A stretch of 38,312 nucleotides of DNA from Fidelibacterota bacterium. Its GTDB lineage: Bacteria; Fidelibacterota; Marinisomatia; Marinisomatales; TCS55. Under the pieces are notes generated by a model. The model was not told the DNA's origin and ran no database searches. It saw only the letters and a program-made list of their open reading frames with translations. Below are positions 29,214 to 37,802 of the stretch, one piece after another. Position 1 is the first letter of the stretch. The number at the start of each line of letters is the position of its first letter. Location: contig JAPNQO010000046.1 of assembly GCA_027251445.1 (NCBI GenBank), positions 1 to 38,312 on the forward strand, in the 5' to 3' direction. Position numbers and translations under genes: made by a program.

Positions 29214-31651
29214 TAGAGTTCTATCCTATAACCTGCAGTAAAAAAGAATGGAAACATTGGTACTGCAGCTCGTTCTAATCCCAAGGTTTCACCTGTTAAT
29301 CGATTTTCTTTAGCTCTGTATTGATATGAAAGTGGGTTTACGTGATTTGTCACATTAATTAATTGTAGATATCGCTCATACGGAAAACCAAATAGTGATT
29401 TTTTCTGTTTAAGACCTAAATCTAAACGAAAATAAATCGGAAGTCGATCAGCATTTTTTTCCCCTACTAAAAATTGTTCATTTTGATACAAATCTGATTT
29501 TATAGGGTCATGGTATGCCTCAAAATGATTATATCGCCCAATGGGTGGTGTAAATGGTTGTCCACTTGATGCTTGAACAGCATAATTAAAATGTAAATTA
29601 TTGAAAAAAGGTACAGTATAATCACCAACAATATTTAGAGTGTGTGTTCTATCATATTTGGGGTGGTACCATCCGTGTTTTTGAATGTGCTTCATGGTTT
29701 TTGCATAAGTATATCCAATCCAACCTCGAGATGCTCCTGCAGTCTTCTTAAATAAGAGCTCTAAACCATACGCAAAAGCTCTCGTATCAAAGAATTCATT
29801 GAACGGTGTTGTGCTAACTTGATCATTACCTTCTGTGACTTGTTCACCCTGATTCAAGGTAATCAGATTCTCAAAGTGTTTATAATATGTTTCTGCGCGA
29901 AAGAGCCAATTGCTTCCAGATAAATACTCTATTCCTAGAATAGTATGATCCGCCCAAGGTGCAGCTCGATCAGCAGGGATTCCTAACCAATAGTCAATAA
30001 GACGCAGCGTCTCATCTTCAGGATTTGCAATTGTAAGAAATTGATGAAATCTTCCTACAGAAAATTTCAAAGATAAATCTTGCTGTAATAAATATTTCAA
30101 TCCGAAACGAGGATCAATATACATTTTATTATGAAGTGAATACTTCATTATCCTTCCACCAATCTGAAGATCAATCTTTGGTGAAAATTTCCACCTGTCC
30201 TGTAAAAATAATGAGGTTTCAATAGTTTGTTGTTTCATTTCTAATGGTTTAGCATAATAGGTTGTATCCAAATTTTTATATTCGAATTCCATTCCTAAAT
30301 CATAATCTACTTTTTTTAATTGAAGCCCTCCCATGATTTGATGATTCTCAATTCCATGCCAAGATATTTCAGTTTCTATGGTCTGATCATCAACATAGTC
30401 ATAAAAATCAAAACTCCATTGATCTAGATAATTCCCTGATTCATTTCCTACAGACCATGTTCCTTCATATTTAGATTTCATATCAAAATGAAAACGATAT
30501 CTACTTGTTGCAAAAAATGTTCGTGCTACTAATTGAGGACTAATAAGCCAACGCCATGTTAGACTGTTTGTATGATTTCCCCATGGCCAATCAATACCAA
30601 ATGTGTTCGTTGATTTTTCATAGTAATCCGAATTAATATCATAATATTCATCAACTGTAGGTTTAAAACTAAAGTCTAGAACATCATCTCCATAAAAACG
30701 ACTATAGGTCAGGCGATGATCCTGATTCACATCTACATTTACTTTTAATTGATAATCATAAAAGAAATATGGGAATTTAAAACCTGCTTCATCACACGCG
30801 TTTCCACATATGGCATTAAAAAAAGTATCAAAGTAAGTACGTCTACCTGCAATCATCCAAGAACCTTTTAACCCTTTAAACTTTGGTAATGGACCCTCCA
30901 TTAATAGTTTACTTGAAATAAGGGAAATATTTGCATGGCCTTCGAATTTTTCTGTATTTCCTTCTCTATTTATAACGTTTAAAATTGCTCCCATTCGGCC
31001 GCCATATCTTGCAGGGAACCCTCCTGCATGAAAGTCTGCTTCCTTTATAGCATCTGTATTAAACGTGGAAAAAATACCACCTAAATGATATGGGTTATAC
31101 ACAGTAATGCCATCTAACATGATTAGATTTTGATCTGGCGTACTACCCCGGACATATAATGCACTTGAAAAATCATTTAAAGTTTGCACTCCTGGTAATA
31201 GTTGAACTGTCCGAAATAAATCGGGTTCAATAAACGCTGGGGTAGATTCTAAGGTTCGTAAATCAATACTTACTCTACTCGGCTCTACAAGATTTCTCAT
31301 TTTTTGAGCTTCTCCAAATACATCTACTACCTCACCTTCCAGGACTGTTTGCTGTAATCGGAAATCCAATCTAAGATTTTGATCAGCTTCTAGATAATAT
31401 TTTTGAGTTACCATTGCAAAACCAATTATTGAAACAACAATTTCACCGGAATCAGCTGGTACTTGTGTTAATACAAAATATCCATCAAGGTTTGTTATGC
31501 CACCTTTATTTGAATCCTTAATAAATACATTCGCATATGATAAGGGTTCACCTGTAGCTTGATCGCGGACAAAACCACTGATCGTACCAAATTCTTGGGC
31601 TTGAAGTCCTAAAGCAAAAATAAAAAATATATAATAAAATATTTTCATCAA
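29213..31651 (-). CDS. TonB-dependent receptor with N-terminal carboxypeptidase-regulatory-like domain
   Basis: ISGFVRD..TGEPL..ANV, DLFR.VQLLPGV, VRGSTPDQNL..LDG, GGFPARYGGR plug; C-terminal DRLP.YFRLD, GYRIEL. Confidence 0.92.
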   Translation of the reverse strand: MMKIFYYIFFIFALGLQAQEFGTISGFVRDQATGEPLSYANVFIKDSNKGGITNLDGYFVLTQVPADSGEIVVSIIGFAMVTQKYYLEADQNLRLDFRLQQTVLEGEVVDVFGEAQKMRNLVEPSRVSIDLRTLESTPAFIEPDLFRTVQLLPGVQTLNDFSSALYVRGSTPDQNLIMLDGITVYNPYHLGGIFSTFNTDAIKEADFHAGGFPARYGGRMGAILNVINREGNTEKFEGHANISLISSKLLMEGPLPKFKGLKGSWMIAGRRTYFDTFFNAICGNACDEAGFKFPYFFYDYQLKVNVDVNQDHRLTYSRFYGDDVLDFSFKPTVDEYYDINSDYYEKSTNTFGIDWPWGNHTNSLTWRWLISPQLVARTFFATSRYRFHFDMKSKYEGTWSVGNESGNYLDQWSFDFYDYVDDQTIETEISWHGIENHQIMGGLQLKKVDYDLGMEFEYKNLDTTYYAKPLEMKQQTIETSLFLQDRWKFSPKIDLQIGGRIMKYSLHNKMYIDPRFGLKYLLQQDLSLKFSVGRFHQFLTIANPEDETLRLIDYWLGIPADRAAPWADHTILGIEYLSGSNWLFRAETYYKHFENLITLNQGEQVTEGNDQVSTTPFNEFFDTRAFAYGLELLFKKTAGASRGWIGYTYAKTMKHIQKHGWYHPKYDRTHTLNIVGDYTVPFFNNLHFNYAVQASSGQPFTPPIGRYNHFEAYHDPIKSDLYQNEQFLVGEKNADRLPIYFRLDLGLKQKKSLFGFPYERYLQLINVTNHVNPLSYQYRAKENRLTGETLGLERAAVPMFPFFFTAGYRIEL

Positions 31652-31721
31652 TATTGAATGCGATAATAAGCAAATTATTTATATAATCGTAATATGATAA
31701 TTAATTTTGTATCAATAATTA

Positions 31722-33173
31722 ATGAATAAAAATATTAAAATATTTTTTTATACAATTAGTATAACTCTAGTTATTCTAAGGTTGTTATTCATTGGAAACA
31801 CTCTACTGATAGATGATGAAGCTTACTATGCAATGTATGCCCGCCATCTTAGTTGGGGCTATATTGATCATGGGCCTGTAATAGGATATTTAATCTATCT
31901 TTTTACAATTTTTGGAGAAAATAGCTTTACTGTTCGGTTGAGTGCCATAGTAATGCTAATTATTCTATCCTTTGTCCTATATAATTTTGGCAAAGAACAC
32001 TTTAGCAAGATGGCTGGTATAGCTATGTCTTTAGGAATTTCTGCCAATATGTTGTTTCATACTAATTCAGTTGTAGTAACTCCAGATGTACCATTGGCAT
32101 TCTTTTCAATTATGGCTATTGTTTATTATTATAAGGCCTATTTTATTCATGAAAGATATTTTTATATTGGGGGAATTTTCTTAGGTGTTGCAATATTATC
32201 GAAAGTCTCAGCTTTATTTCCTGCTCTTGGTATTATTTTATTTCCAATAGTCAATTCTAGAAAACGTCATTTTTTAATTAATGTACGTTTTTACGCATCT
32301 CTAATAATTGCTCTAATATTATTTATGCCATTTATAATCTGGAATCTTCAAAATGATCTAGCTTTTGTTCGATATCAAGGTGCCCACATCATGGAAGGTG
32401 GAAACTGGTCTGATTTTACTAGTTTATGGGCTGGACTATTCTTGACTGCAGGACCTATATTATTTTATTATAGTGTTATAAAACCATTCTTATTCATAAA
32501 AAGAATGAAATCTTTAAAAGTAGAAATTCAATATTTTATTTTTGTTACCATTATACCATTATGCTATTTCCTTTTTCACTCTTTTTTTTCTCGCATGGAA
32601 GTAAATTGGCCTGCACCTATATTTTATGGTGGTATATTTCTTTTTGGTATTTCAGTTGCTGAGTCTTGGCCTGTTCTTCGCAAGCATTTTCTTTTTCAAA
32701 TTATCTTTTCAGTTGTTCTTATCCTAACCGTTACAATTCAAACATTTTTCCCAATTCTCCCAATAAAAGGGAAAACAGATATAACAAACCGCTATTATAT
32801 TTATAATGTTGTTGATGACGAATTAAAAAAATATCTAGAGGATAACCCAGAACTAATGAACAAGAGAATTCTAGCTGATAATTATCAAATACCATCAATG
32901 ATTAATTTCTATCTTAACCCTGATCTTGAGGCAACTACCTTATCCATTAACTATCATTCTACGTTGTATTCATTTCTTTACGATGATACTTCATTTAAAG
33001 GAAACGATTATTTATTTCTTAAAAGAGGAAAAACATTCCCAGATTATTATAAACCCTACTTTGAAGAAATACATTTATTAGATATTTTATACTCAATAAG
33101 AGATAAAAAAGAAATTGCATCTTACAGTCTTTGGTCAGTAAAAAACTACAAAGGAAAAGATTTTATTAAATAA
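31722..33173 (+). CDS. Membrane glycosyltransferase, GT39/ArnT (PMT-like) family
   Basis: DDEAYY, YIDHGP, TPD.P, LSK, P.IIWN, NWPAP; many TM segments. Confidence 0.85.
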   Translation: MNKNIKIFFYTISITLVILRLLFIGNTLLIDDEAYYAMYARHLSWGYIDHGPVIGYLIYLFTIFGENSFTVRLSAIVMLIILSFVLYNFGKEHFSKMAGIAMSLGISANMLFHTNSVVVTPDVPLAFFSIMAIVYYYKAYFIHERYFYIGGIFLGVAILSKVSALFPALGIILFPIVNSRKRHFLINVRFYASLIIALILFMPFIIWNLQNDLAFVRYQGAHIMEGGNWSDFTSLWAGLFLTAGPILFYYSVIKPFLFIKRMKSLKVEIQYFIFVTIIPLCYFLFHSFFSRMEVNWPAPIFYGGIFLFGISVAESWPVLRKHFLFQIIFSVVLILTVTIQTFFPILPIKGKTDITNRYYIYNVVDDELKKYLEDNPELMNKRILADNYQIPSMINFYLNPDLEATTLSINYHSTLYSFLYDDTSFKGNDYLFLKRGKTFPDYYKPYFEEIHLLDILYSIRDKKEIASYSLWSVKNYKGKDFIK

Positions 33174-33247
33174 GACTATAAATGTTTTAATTATAATCAT
33201 CTGCATTATAATTTGACATATCGTTATTATTGTAATAAATCAAGTTT

Positions 33248-33502
33248 ATGGAAACAAGTAAAGTATCAGAATTAATTTCTTCTGGAATAAATAGTGTTCA
33301 TGTTGAGGTTAAAGACACTACCGACACAGGCGACCACTTTAGTGCTATTGTAGTAAGTGATGACTTTATAAATTTATCGCTTGTAGAGCAACACCAATTA
33401 GTCTATAAAACATTAGGAAATTATTTGACAAATGAAATTCACGCTTTACAGTTAAAGACCCTTTCAAAATCTGAATGGGAAAAAATTAAAACAGAGGAGT
33501 AA
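33248..33502 (+). CDS. bolA: BolA family protein
   Basis: DHFSAIVVS..F...SLVEQHQLVY..L, IHALQLKT. Confidence 0.92.
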   Translation: METSKVSELISSGINSVHVEVKDTTDTGDHFSAIVVSDDFINLSLVEQHQLVYKTLGNYLTNEIHALQLKTLSKSEWEKIKTEE

Positions 33503-33504
33503 CT

Positions 33505-33834
33505 ATGGATTTAAAAGAACAAATAGTTCAGGAAATTGATAACAACTCTATCATTCTATATATGAAAGGAACGAAAGAAATGCCTATGTGTGGTTTTTCC
33601 AATTCTGTTGTACAGATATTAAATCACTATGGTGTTGAATATAAAGATGTGAATATTCTTGTGGATCCAATGATCCGTGTTAAACTTTCTGAACATTCAG
33701 GATGGCCAACCATTCCTCAGTTATTTGTAAAGGGAAAATTAATCGGTGGTGCAGATATTACTATGGAATTACATAATAGTGGTGAATTATTAGATATGTT
33801 AGATGTATCAAAAGATGATGAGGAAGAATCATAA
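33505..33834 (+). CDS. grxD: Monothiol glutaredoxin (Grx4 family)
   Basis: MKGT...PMCGFS, WPTIPQLFV.G..IGG.DI; GAGGAG RBS upstream. Confidence 0.95.
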   Translation: MDLKEQIVQEIDNNSIILYMKGTKEMPMCGFSNSVVQILNHYGVEYKDVNILVDPMIRVKLSEHSGWPTIPQLFVKGKLIGGADITMELHNSGELLDMLDVSKDDEEES

Positions 33835-33901
33835 ACCAATTGACCAATAAATACTGAATCAATAGATTGCCCACCGCTTTTTGTTAAATATTAAAAGTAT
33901 T

Positions 33902-33973
33902 GGCCCGTTCGTCTAGTGGTTAGGACTCCAGGTTTTCATCCTGGCAACAGGAGTTCGATTCTCCTACGGGCTA
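33902..33973 (+). tRNA. tRNA-Glu (anticodon TTC); CCA not encoded
   Basis: Acceptor GGCCCGT/ACGGGCT, D-arm GTCTAGTGGTTAGGAC, anticodon stem CCAGG/CCTGG with loop TTTTCAT (TTC at 33935-33937), T-arm AGGAG-TTCGATT-CTCCT. Confidence 0.97.
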
Positions 33974-33977
33974 CAAG

Positions 33978-34011
33978 TAAGGCTCGACTTTTGTCGGGCC
34001 TTATTGCTTTG
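33978..34011 (+). terminator. Probable intrinsic terminator after tRNA-Glu
   Basis: Hairpin TAAGGCTCGAC-TTTT-GTCGGGCCTTA (one G-U pair) followed by an imperfect T-rich tail TTGCTTTG. Confidence 0.7.
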
Positions 34012-34022
34012 TAAATTATATT

Positions 34023-34460
34023 ATGCAGTTTCCTCTACACCCTGCAGTTGTGCATTTTCCCATTGCTTTTATAACGGCTGCTCTCATATTTCAAATCTTA
34101 CATATACTTAGACCTAATTGGATAAATGATTCAATAGGATTATTACTCATTGGGTTGTCAGCAATTTTTTCTTTAGCGTCTGTTTTATCAGGTCAAAATG
34201 AGATGCAAAAAGCAGGTGAATTAGGATATCCAACAGAGACTCTTATTTTAATTGACAAACACCAAACAATTGGAAATATCGTTACATGGAGTTCAATAAT
34301 TTTATTTACTTGTTGGATTTATCTATTTCTAAAAAACAAAAATGATAAAAGGGTTAATCAACTTATTTTGGCTTTTATACTACTATTATTTATAATGGTA
34401 ATATTATCAGGATATACTGGAGGACAATTAGTGTATATTCATGGTGTTGGGACACCATAA
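34023..34460 (+). CDS. DUF2231-like membrane protein
   Basis: LHPAVVHFPIA, central H, GYTGGQLVY.HGVG; four TM helices. Confidence 0.82.
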   Translation: MQFPLHPAVVHFPIAFITAALIFQILHILRPNWINDSIGLLLIGLSAIFSLASVLSGQNEMQKAGELGYPTETLILIDKHQTIGNIVTWSSIILFTCWIYLFLKNKNDKRVNQLILAFILLLFIMVILSGYTGGQLVYIHGVGTP

Positions 34461-34468
34461 TAGATGAA

Positions 34469-34987
34469 TTAATTTTTTATTGCGTTAAAGTCCCGTAAAA
34501 TATCATTTCCATGGTCTAAAACAGAAACCTGGTTATAAACTTTAACTACTAGCCCTTTTTCATTAATTAAAAATGTTTTTCTCATTGGGAAAAAAGCACC
34601 TTTAGTACCATATAATTCTGAAACTGATTTATCCAAATCAGACAGCAAATTAAATGGTAGATTATATTTTTTAATAAATTTTTGATGGGTCACAGAATTA
34701 TCATAACTGATTCCAAATACAACAATATCTTGACTACGAAAATCATCATAAGAATCACGAATTGCACAAGCTTCCTTTGTACAACCTGGAGTGTCATCTT
34801 TTGGATAAAAATAAACCACTACTCTTTTGCCTTGGTACGAGGATAGAGTATGAGAATTTCCATTTTGATCCAGTAAAGTAAAATCTGGAGCAATTTGTCC
34901 TTTAGTAATATTTACTTCATCACTATAAAGATTACAACTTATCATTATAATGGATAAGACTATTAACCTGTATAAAAAGTTATTCAT
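34469..34987 (-). CDS. bcp: Peroxiredoxin, BCP/PrxQ type, with N-terminal export signal
   Basis: APDFTL.DQNG, YFYPKDDTPGCTKEAC, GISYD, LLSD, RKTFLI. Confidence 0.92.
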   Translation of the reverse strand: MNNFLYRLIVLSIIMISCNLYSDEVNITKGQIAPDFTLLDQNGNSHTLSSYQGKRVVVYFYPKDDTPGCTKEACAIRDSYDDFRSQDIVVFGISYDNSVTHQKFIKKYNLPFNLLSDLDKSVSELYGTKGAFFPMRKTFLINEKGLVVKVYNQVSVLDHGNDILRDFNAIKN

Positions 34988-35136
34988 TAAAAAAAATACG
35001 CTTATTAATTATACAATGAAAATGAAAAACTAATTAAATGTGATATTGATCTATTTTTGTATTTTAACATTAGAATCTTATTACATTAATGTGTTGAGCA
35101 TCAAAAAAGATTATTATTTATATTCGGCGTCAACAG

Positions 35137-35589
35137 ATGATGAAAAAAACATTCGATACAGATAAAATTAACAATTTTAATTCTAATACCATGGTCGGTC
35201 ATATTGGTATTGAAATTTTGAAAGCTAATAAAGATTATGTTAGTGGCCGTATGCCGGTAGATAAAAGAACGACACAACCCTACGGATTACTTCATGGTGG
35301 TGCTTCTGTTGCATTTGCTGAATCACTAGGAAGTTTTGCCGGAAGTTTACATATCAATTGGGAAAAAGAAGCTGTGGTGGGTGTTGAAATAAATGCTAAC
35401 CATTTAAAAAGTATTAGATCTGGTTGGGTCTTTGGAAAAGCGACACCCATAAAAATTGGAAAAAGAATACAAGTTTGGAATATTGATATAACAAATGAAA
35501 AAGAAGATCTCATATGTGTCAGTCGTTTAACTTTAGCTGTTATAAATCAAAAGAAAATTTTTAATCAAATTCAAAATAAGGAAAAATAA
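35137..35589 (+). CDS. menI: Hotdog-fold thioesterase, MenI/YdiI-like (probable DHNA-CoA hydrolase)
   Basis: MPVD.RT.QPYGLLHGGAS..AESLGS, VG.EINANH, QVW.I.I, SRLTLAV; coupled to a menA-like gene. Confidence 0.75.
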   Translation: MMKKTFDTDKINNFNSNTMVGHIGIEILKANKDYVSGRMPVDKRTTQPYGLLHGGASVAFAESLGSFAGSLHINWEKEAVVGVEINANHLKSIRSGWVFGKATPIKIGKRIQVWNIDITNEKEDLICVSRLTLAVINQKKIFNQIQNKEK

Positions 35590-36860
35590 TGAGCGAACAA
35601 CTTAAAAGTGTTATCACATGTGATCTTGATGGGAAAATCGAAACATTAAGTGAAGGTGCTGTAAAATTATTTGGATATTCAGAGCGAGAAATGATCGGCA
35701 AGGGTCGTGTAAGCGACTTCAGTGATGGTCAGATAGTTTTAGGTCATGTTGCTAATTGGTTGAATGAGGCTGTTATAAAAGGTGCATGGGAAGGGAATAC
35801 GGTGTTTCTACATAAAAATGGCAAAGAGATACCCTGTCATATAAAAATTACCCCAACAAAAGGTAAAGAGGGTGAACATATTGGATATTGTGGTGTCACT
35901 ACTCCACTTAAAAATAAAACCCCTGATGAAGTAAGACCTAAGATTAGCATATTAACAAAGATATTTACATGGATGGTAATTATGCGTCTTCCATTCTTAA
36001 GCGCAACCTTTGTCCCTATTTTTGCCGGTGCTGCAGTAACATCTATGCTCGGACAAGATGTAAGTTGGGGATGGCTTATGTTGACTCTGCTTGCTGGCTC
36101 ATTACTACATATAGGTACAAATACATCCAATGATTATTTTGATCATATAAGTGGAACTGATGCCCGAAATTACAATTATAGTAATAAAGGTTTGAATGGT
36201 GGTAGTAGGAGCATTCAGATGGGCCTAATTTCCCCTAAGGGCATCTTAACTGTCGCTATAATTGCATTTACTCTAAGTGCAGTTGCAGGAATTCCTCTAA
36301 TCATAAAGTCTGGCTTATCAATTCTATGGCTAGGTTTAATTGGATTTTTTTCAGGCCTTTTTTATACTGCGCCTCCATTCAAGTTTTCCTCTCGTAAAGG
36401 AATGGGTGAACTACTCATAGGTCTTAATTTTGGGCCCTTAATGGTTGCTGGAAGTGCTCTTGTTCAAACCGGGCAACTTTTACCAGAAGCTTTTTTAGCA
36501 GGAATTCCTATTGGATTTCTTATTGCTGCAGTAGTCTATATGAATGAATTTCCTGATTATGATAGTGATAAAGCTACCGGTAAGAATACATTAATTGTTG
36601 TTTTTGGTCCAGAAAAAGCTAGAGCAGGTTATGTAGCATTAGTTGCTTCAGCATTTGCAAGCATAGTAATACTAGCTTTCAATGGAACTGTTCCTATGTT
36701 ATCCTTAATAGCATTATTGGCAGTTTATTTTGGCTTTACAGCAACTCGTACATTATATAAATATTACAATAATAGATTACTCCAACCTGCAAATTGGGGA
36801 ACGATTATTATGCATAGTGTAACAGGTGTACTTTTTTGTATAGGAATATGGAATGGATAG
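35589..36860 (+). CDS. menA: PAS domain fused to a MenA-like 1,4-dihydroxy-2-naphthoate polyprenyltransferase (UbiA superfamily)
   Basis: aa about 1-105 PAS pattern (VITCDLDGKI..S.GA..LFGY...EMIGK...HKNG..I.C.I.ITP...G..IGYCGV); then R.PFL, N..NDYFD..SGTD, YTAPP, GMGE, NEFPD..SD...GK.TL, multi-TM. Confidence 0.85.
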   Translation: MSEQLKSVITCDLDGKIETLSEGAVKLFGYSEREMIGKGRVSDFSDGQIVLGHVANWLNEAVIKGAWEGNTVFLHKNGKEIPCHIKITPTKGKEGEHIGYCGVTTPLKNKTPDEVRPKISILTKIFTWMVIMRLPFLSATFVPIFAGAAVTSMLGQDVSWGWLMLTLLAGSLLHIGTNTSNDYFDHISGTDARNYNYSNKGLNGGSRSIQMGLISPKGILTVAIIAFTLSAVAGIPLIIKSGLSILWLGLIGFFSGLFYTAPPFKFSSRKGMGELLIGLNFGPLMVAGSALVQTGQLLPEAFLAGIPIGFLIAAVVYMNEFPDYDSDKATGKNTLIVVFGPEKARAGYVALVASAFASIVILAFNGTVPMLSLIALLAVYFGFTATRTLYKYYNNRLLQPANWGTIIMHSVTGVLFCIGIWNG

Positions 36861-36869
36861 AATAATGTA

Positions 36870-37712
36870 TTATTTCAAATACATTATTTTGCGAGTTTCG
36901 CTAAATGAAGGAGTAGTTAATTTCAAAAAATAAACACCAGTAGGAAAAGCTGAAGCATCCCATTTTATACTATAACTTCCTGCGTAAAAATTATCTGAAA
37001 CAAGTTTATCTATCCTTTCTCCTAATAAATTATAAACTGAAATATTAGTATAGTTCTGGTTAGATAGTTCAAAATTAATAGTAACAGAAGGATTAAATGG
37101 ATTAGGATAGCAATTCTGGATTCCTGGTCTAATTGGTACTGAAATATTTTCTAATGATAATGTTGATAAATCAGATAATGAATTGTTTAATGCTGCTAGG
37201 AATTCATTTCCAAATGGTGGCATAATGTATCCGCGGGATGTGTATACAACTTCCATATTATGATTAATTAGCACATGGTGTGGAACAGTCCCTCTTGTAA
37301 ACATATTTCGGATATCAGAACTGTTATCATCAATAATTGGGTATGAGACACCAAATGATTCTTGCCAACCTTTACATTCCATTGTTTCTCGCCAACCATT
37401 ACCAATACCGATTGTAAAAAGACCTAAGTTAGAAAATTGTTCAGATATTGTTTGAGTATAAGATGCTTCTAGCTGACAACTTCGGCTAGTTGAATTGAAA
37501 AATACTAACCAAATAACATAATAATCTCCATAATTTTCAGTACCATTATACTCATACAAAGAAATTGTCTGATTAACTTCCGAACAAACAGCTCCTGAAA
37601 AATCAGATACTATATCTCCAACCTTATAAATTTGAGAAGATAAAGCAGGTCCTACCTGTGCAGAGACAGTTGATAAAATAAGTATTGCTGATATGATTAT
37701 TTTCTTTTTCAT
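36870..37712 (-). CDS. Secreted thioredoxin-like (redoxin) protein with SxxC motif and C-terminal sorting-type domain
   Basis: Signal peptide from ATG 37712 (alternative 37733); VGD.VSDF, FNSTSRSCQ.E, YPIIDD, VPH.VLI; C-terminal NCYPNPFNPS...TGVYF...RKIMYLK. Confidence 0.75.
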   Translation of the reverse strand: MKKKIIISAILILSTVSAQVGPALSSQIYKVGDIVSDFSGAVCSEVNQTISLYEYNGTENYGDYYVIWLVFFNSTSRSCQLEASYTQTISEQFSNLGLFTIGIGNGWRETMECKGWQESFGVSYPIIDDNSSDIRNMFTRGTVPHHVLINHNMEVVYTSRGYIMPPFGNEFLAALNNSLSDLSTLSLENISVPIRPGIQNCYPNPFNPSVTINFELSNQNYTNISVYNLLGERIDKLVSDNFYAGSYSIKWDASAFPTGVYFLKLTTPSFSETRKIMYLK

Positions 37713-37802
37713 ATTATCCAATATTTTATTCATTTCACGCGTTGAATATAATGTTACATCGAAAAATATTTCGAAAAAACTATTTTTTTTATTAGATAAA
37801 TG

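Noticed and set aside
31702..31709. TAATTTTG matching the Bacteroidota -7 promoter consensus TAnnTTTG before the GT39 gene
   Set aside because: Single exact match noticed in very AT-rich DNA; other upstream regions match only loosely
33902..34460. tRNA-Glu as an integration site for an island
   Set aside because: No integrase, no repeat of the tRNA 3' end noticed and no compositional shift downstream
37470..37500. Selenocysteine (UxxC) in the redoxin motif
   Set aside because: Codons read Ser-Arg-Ser-Cys with no in-frame TGA
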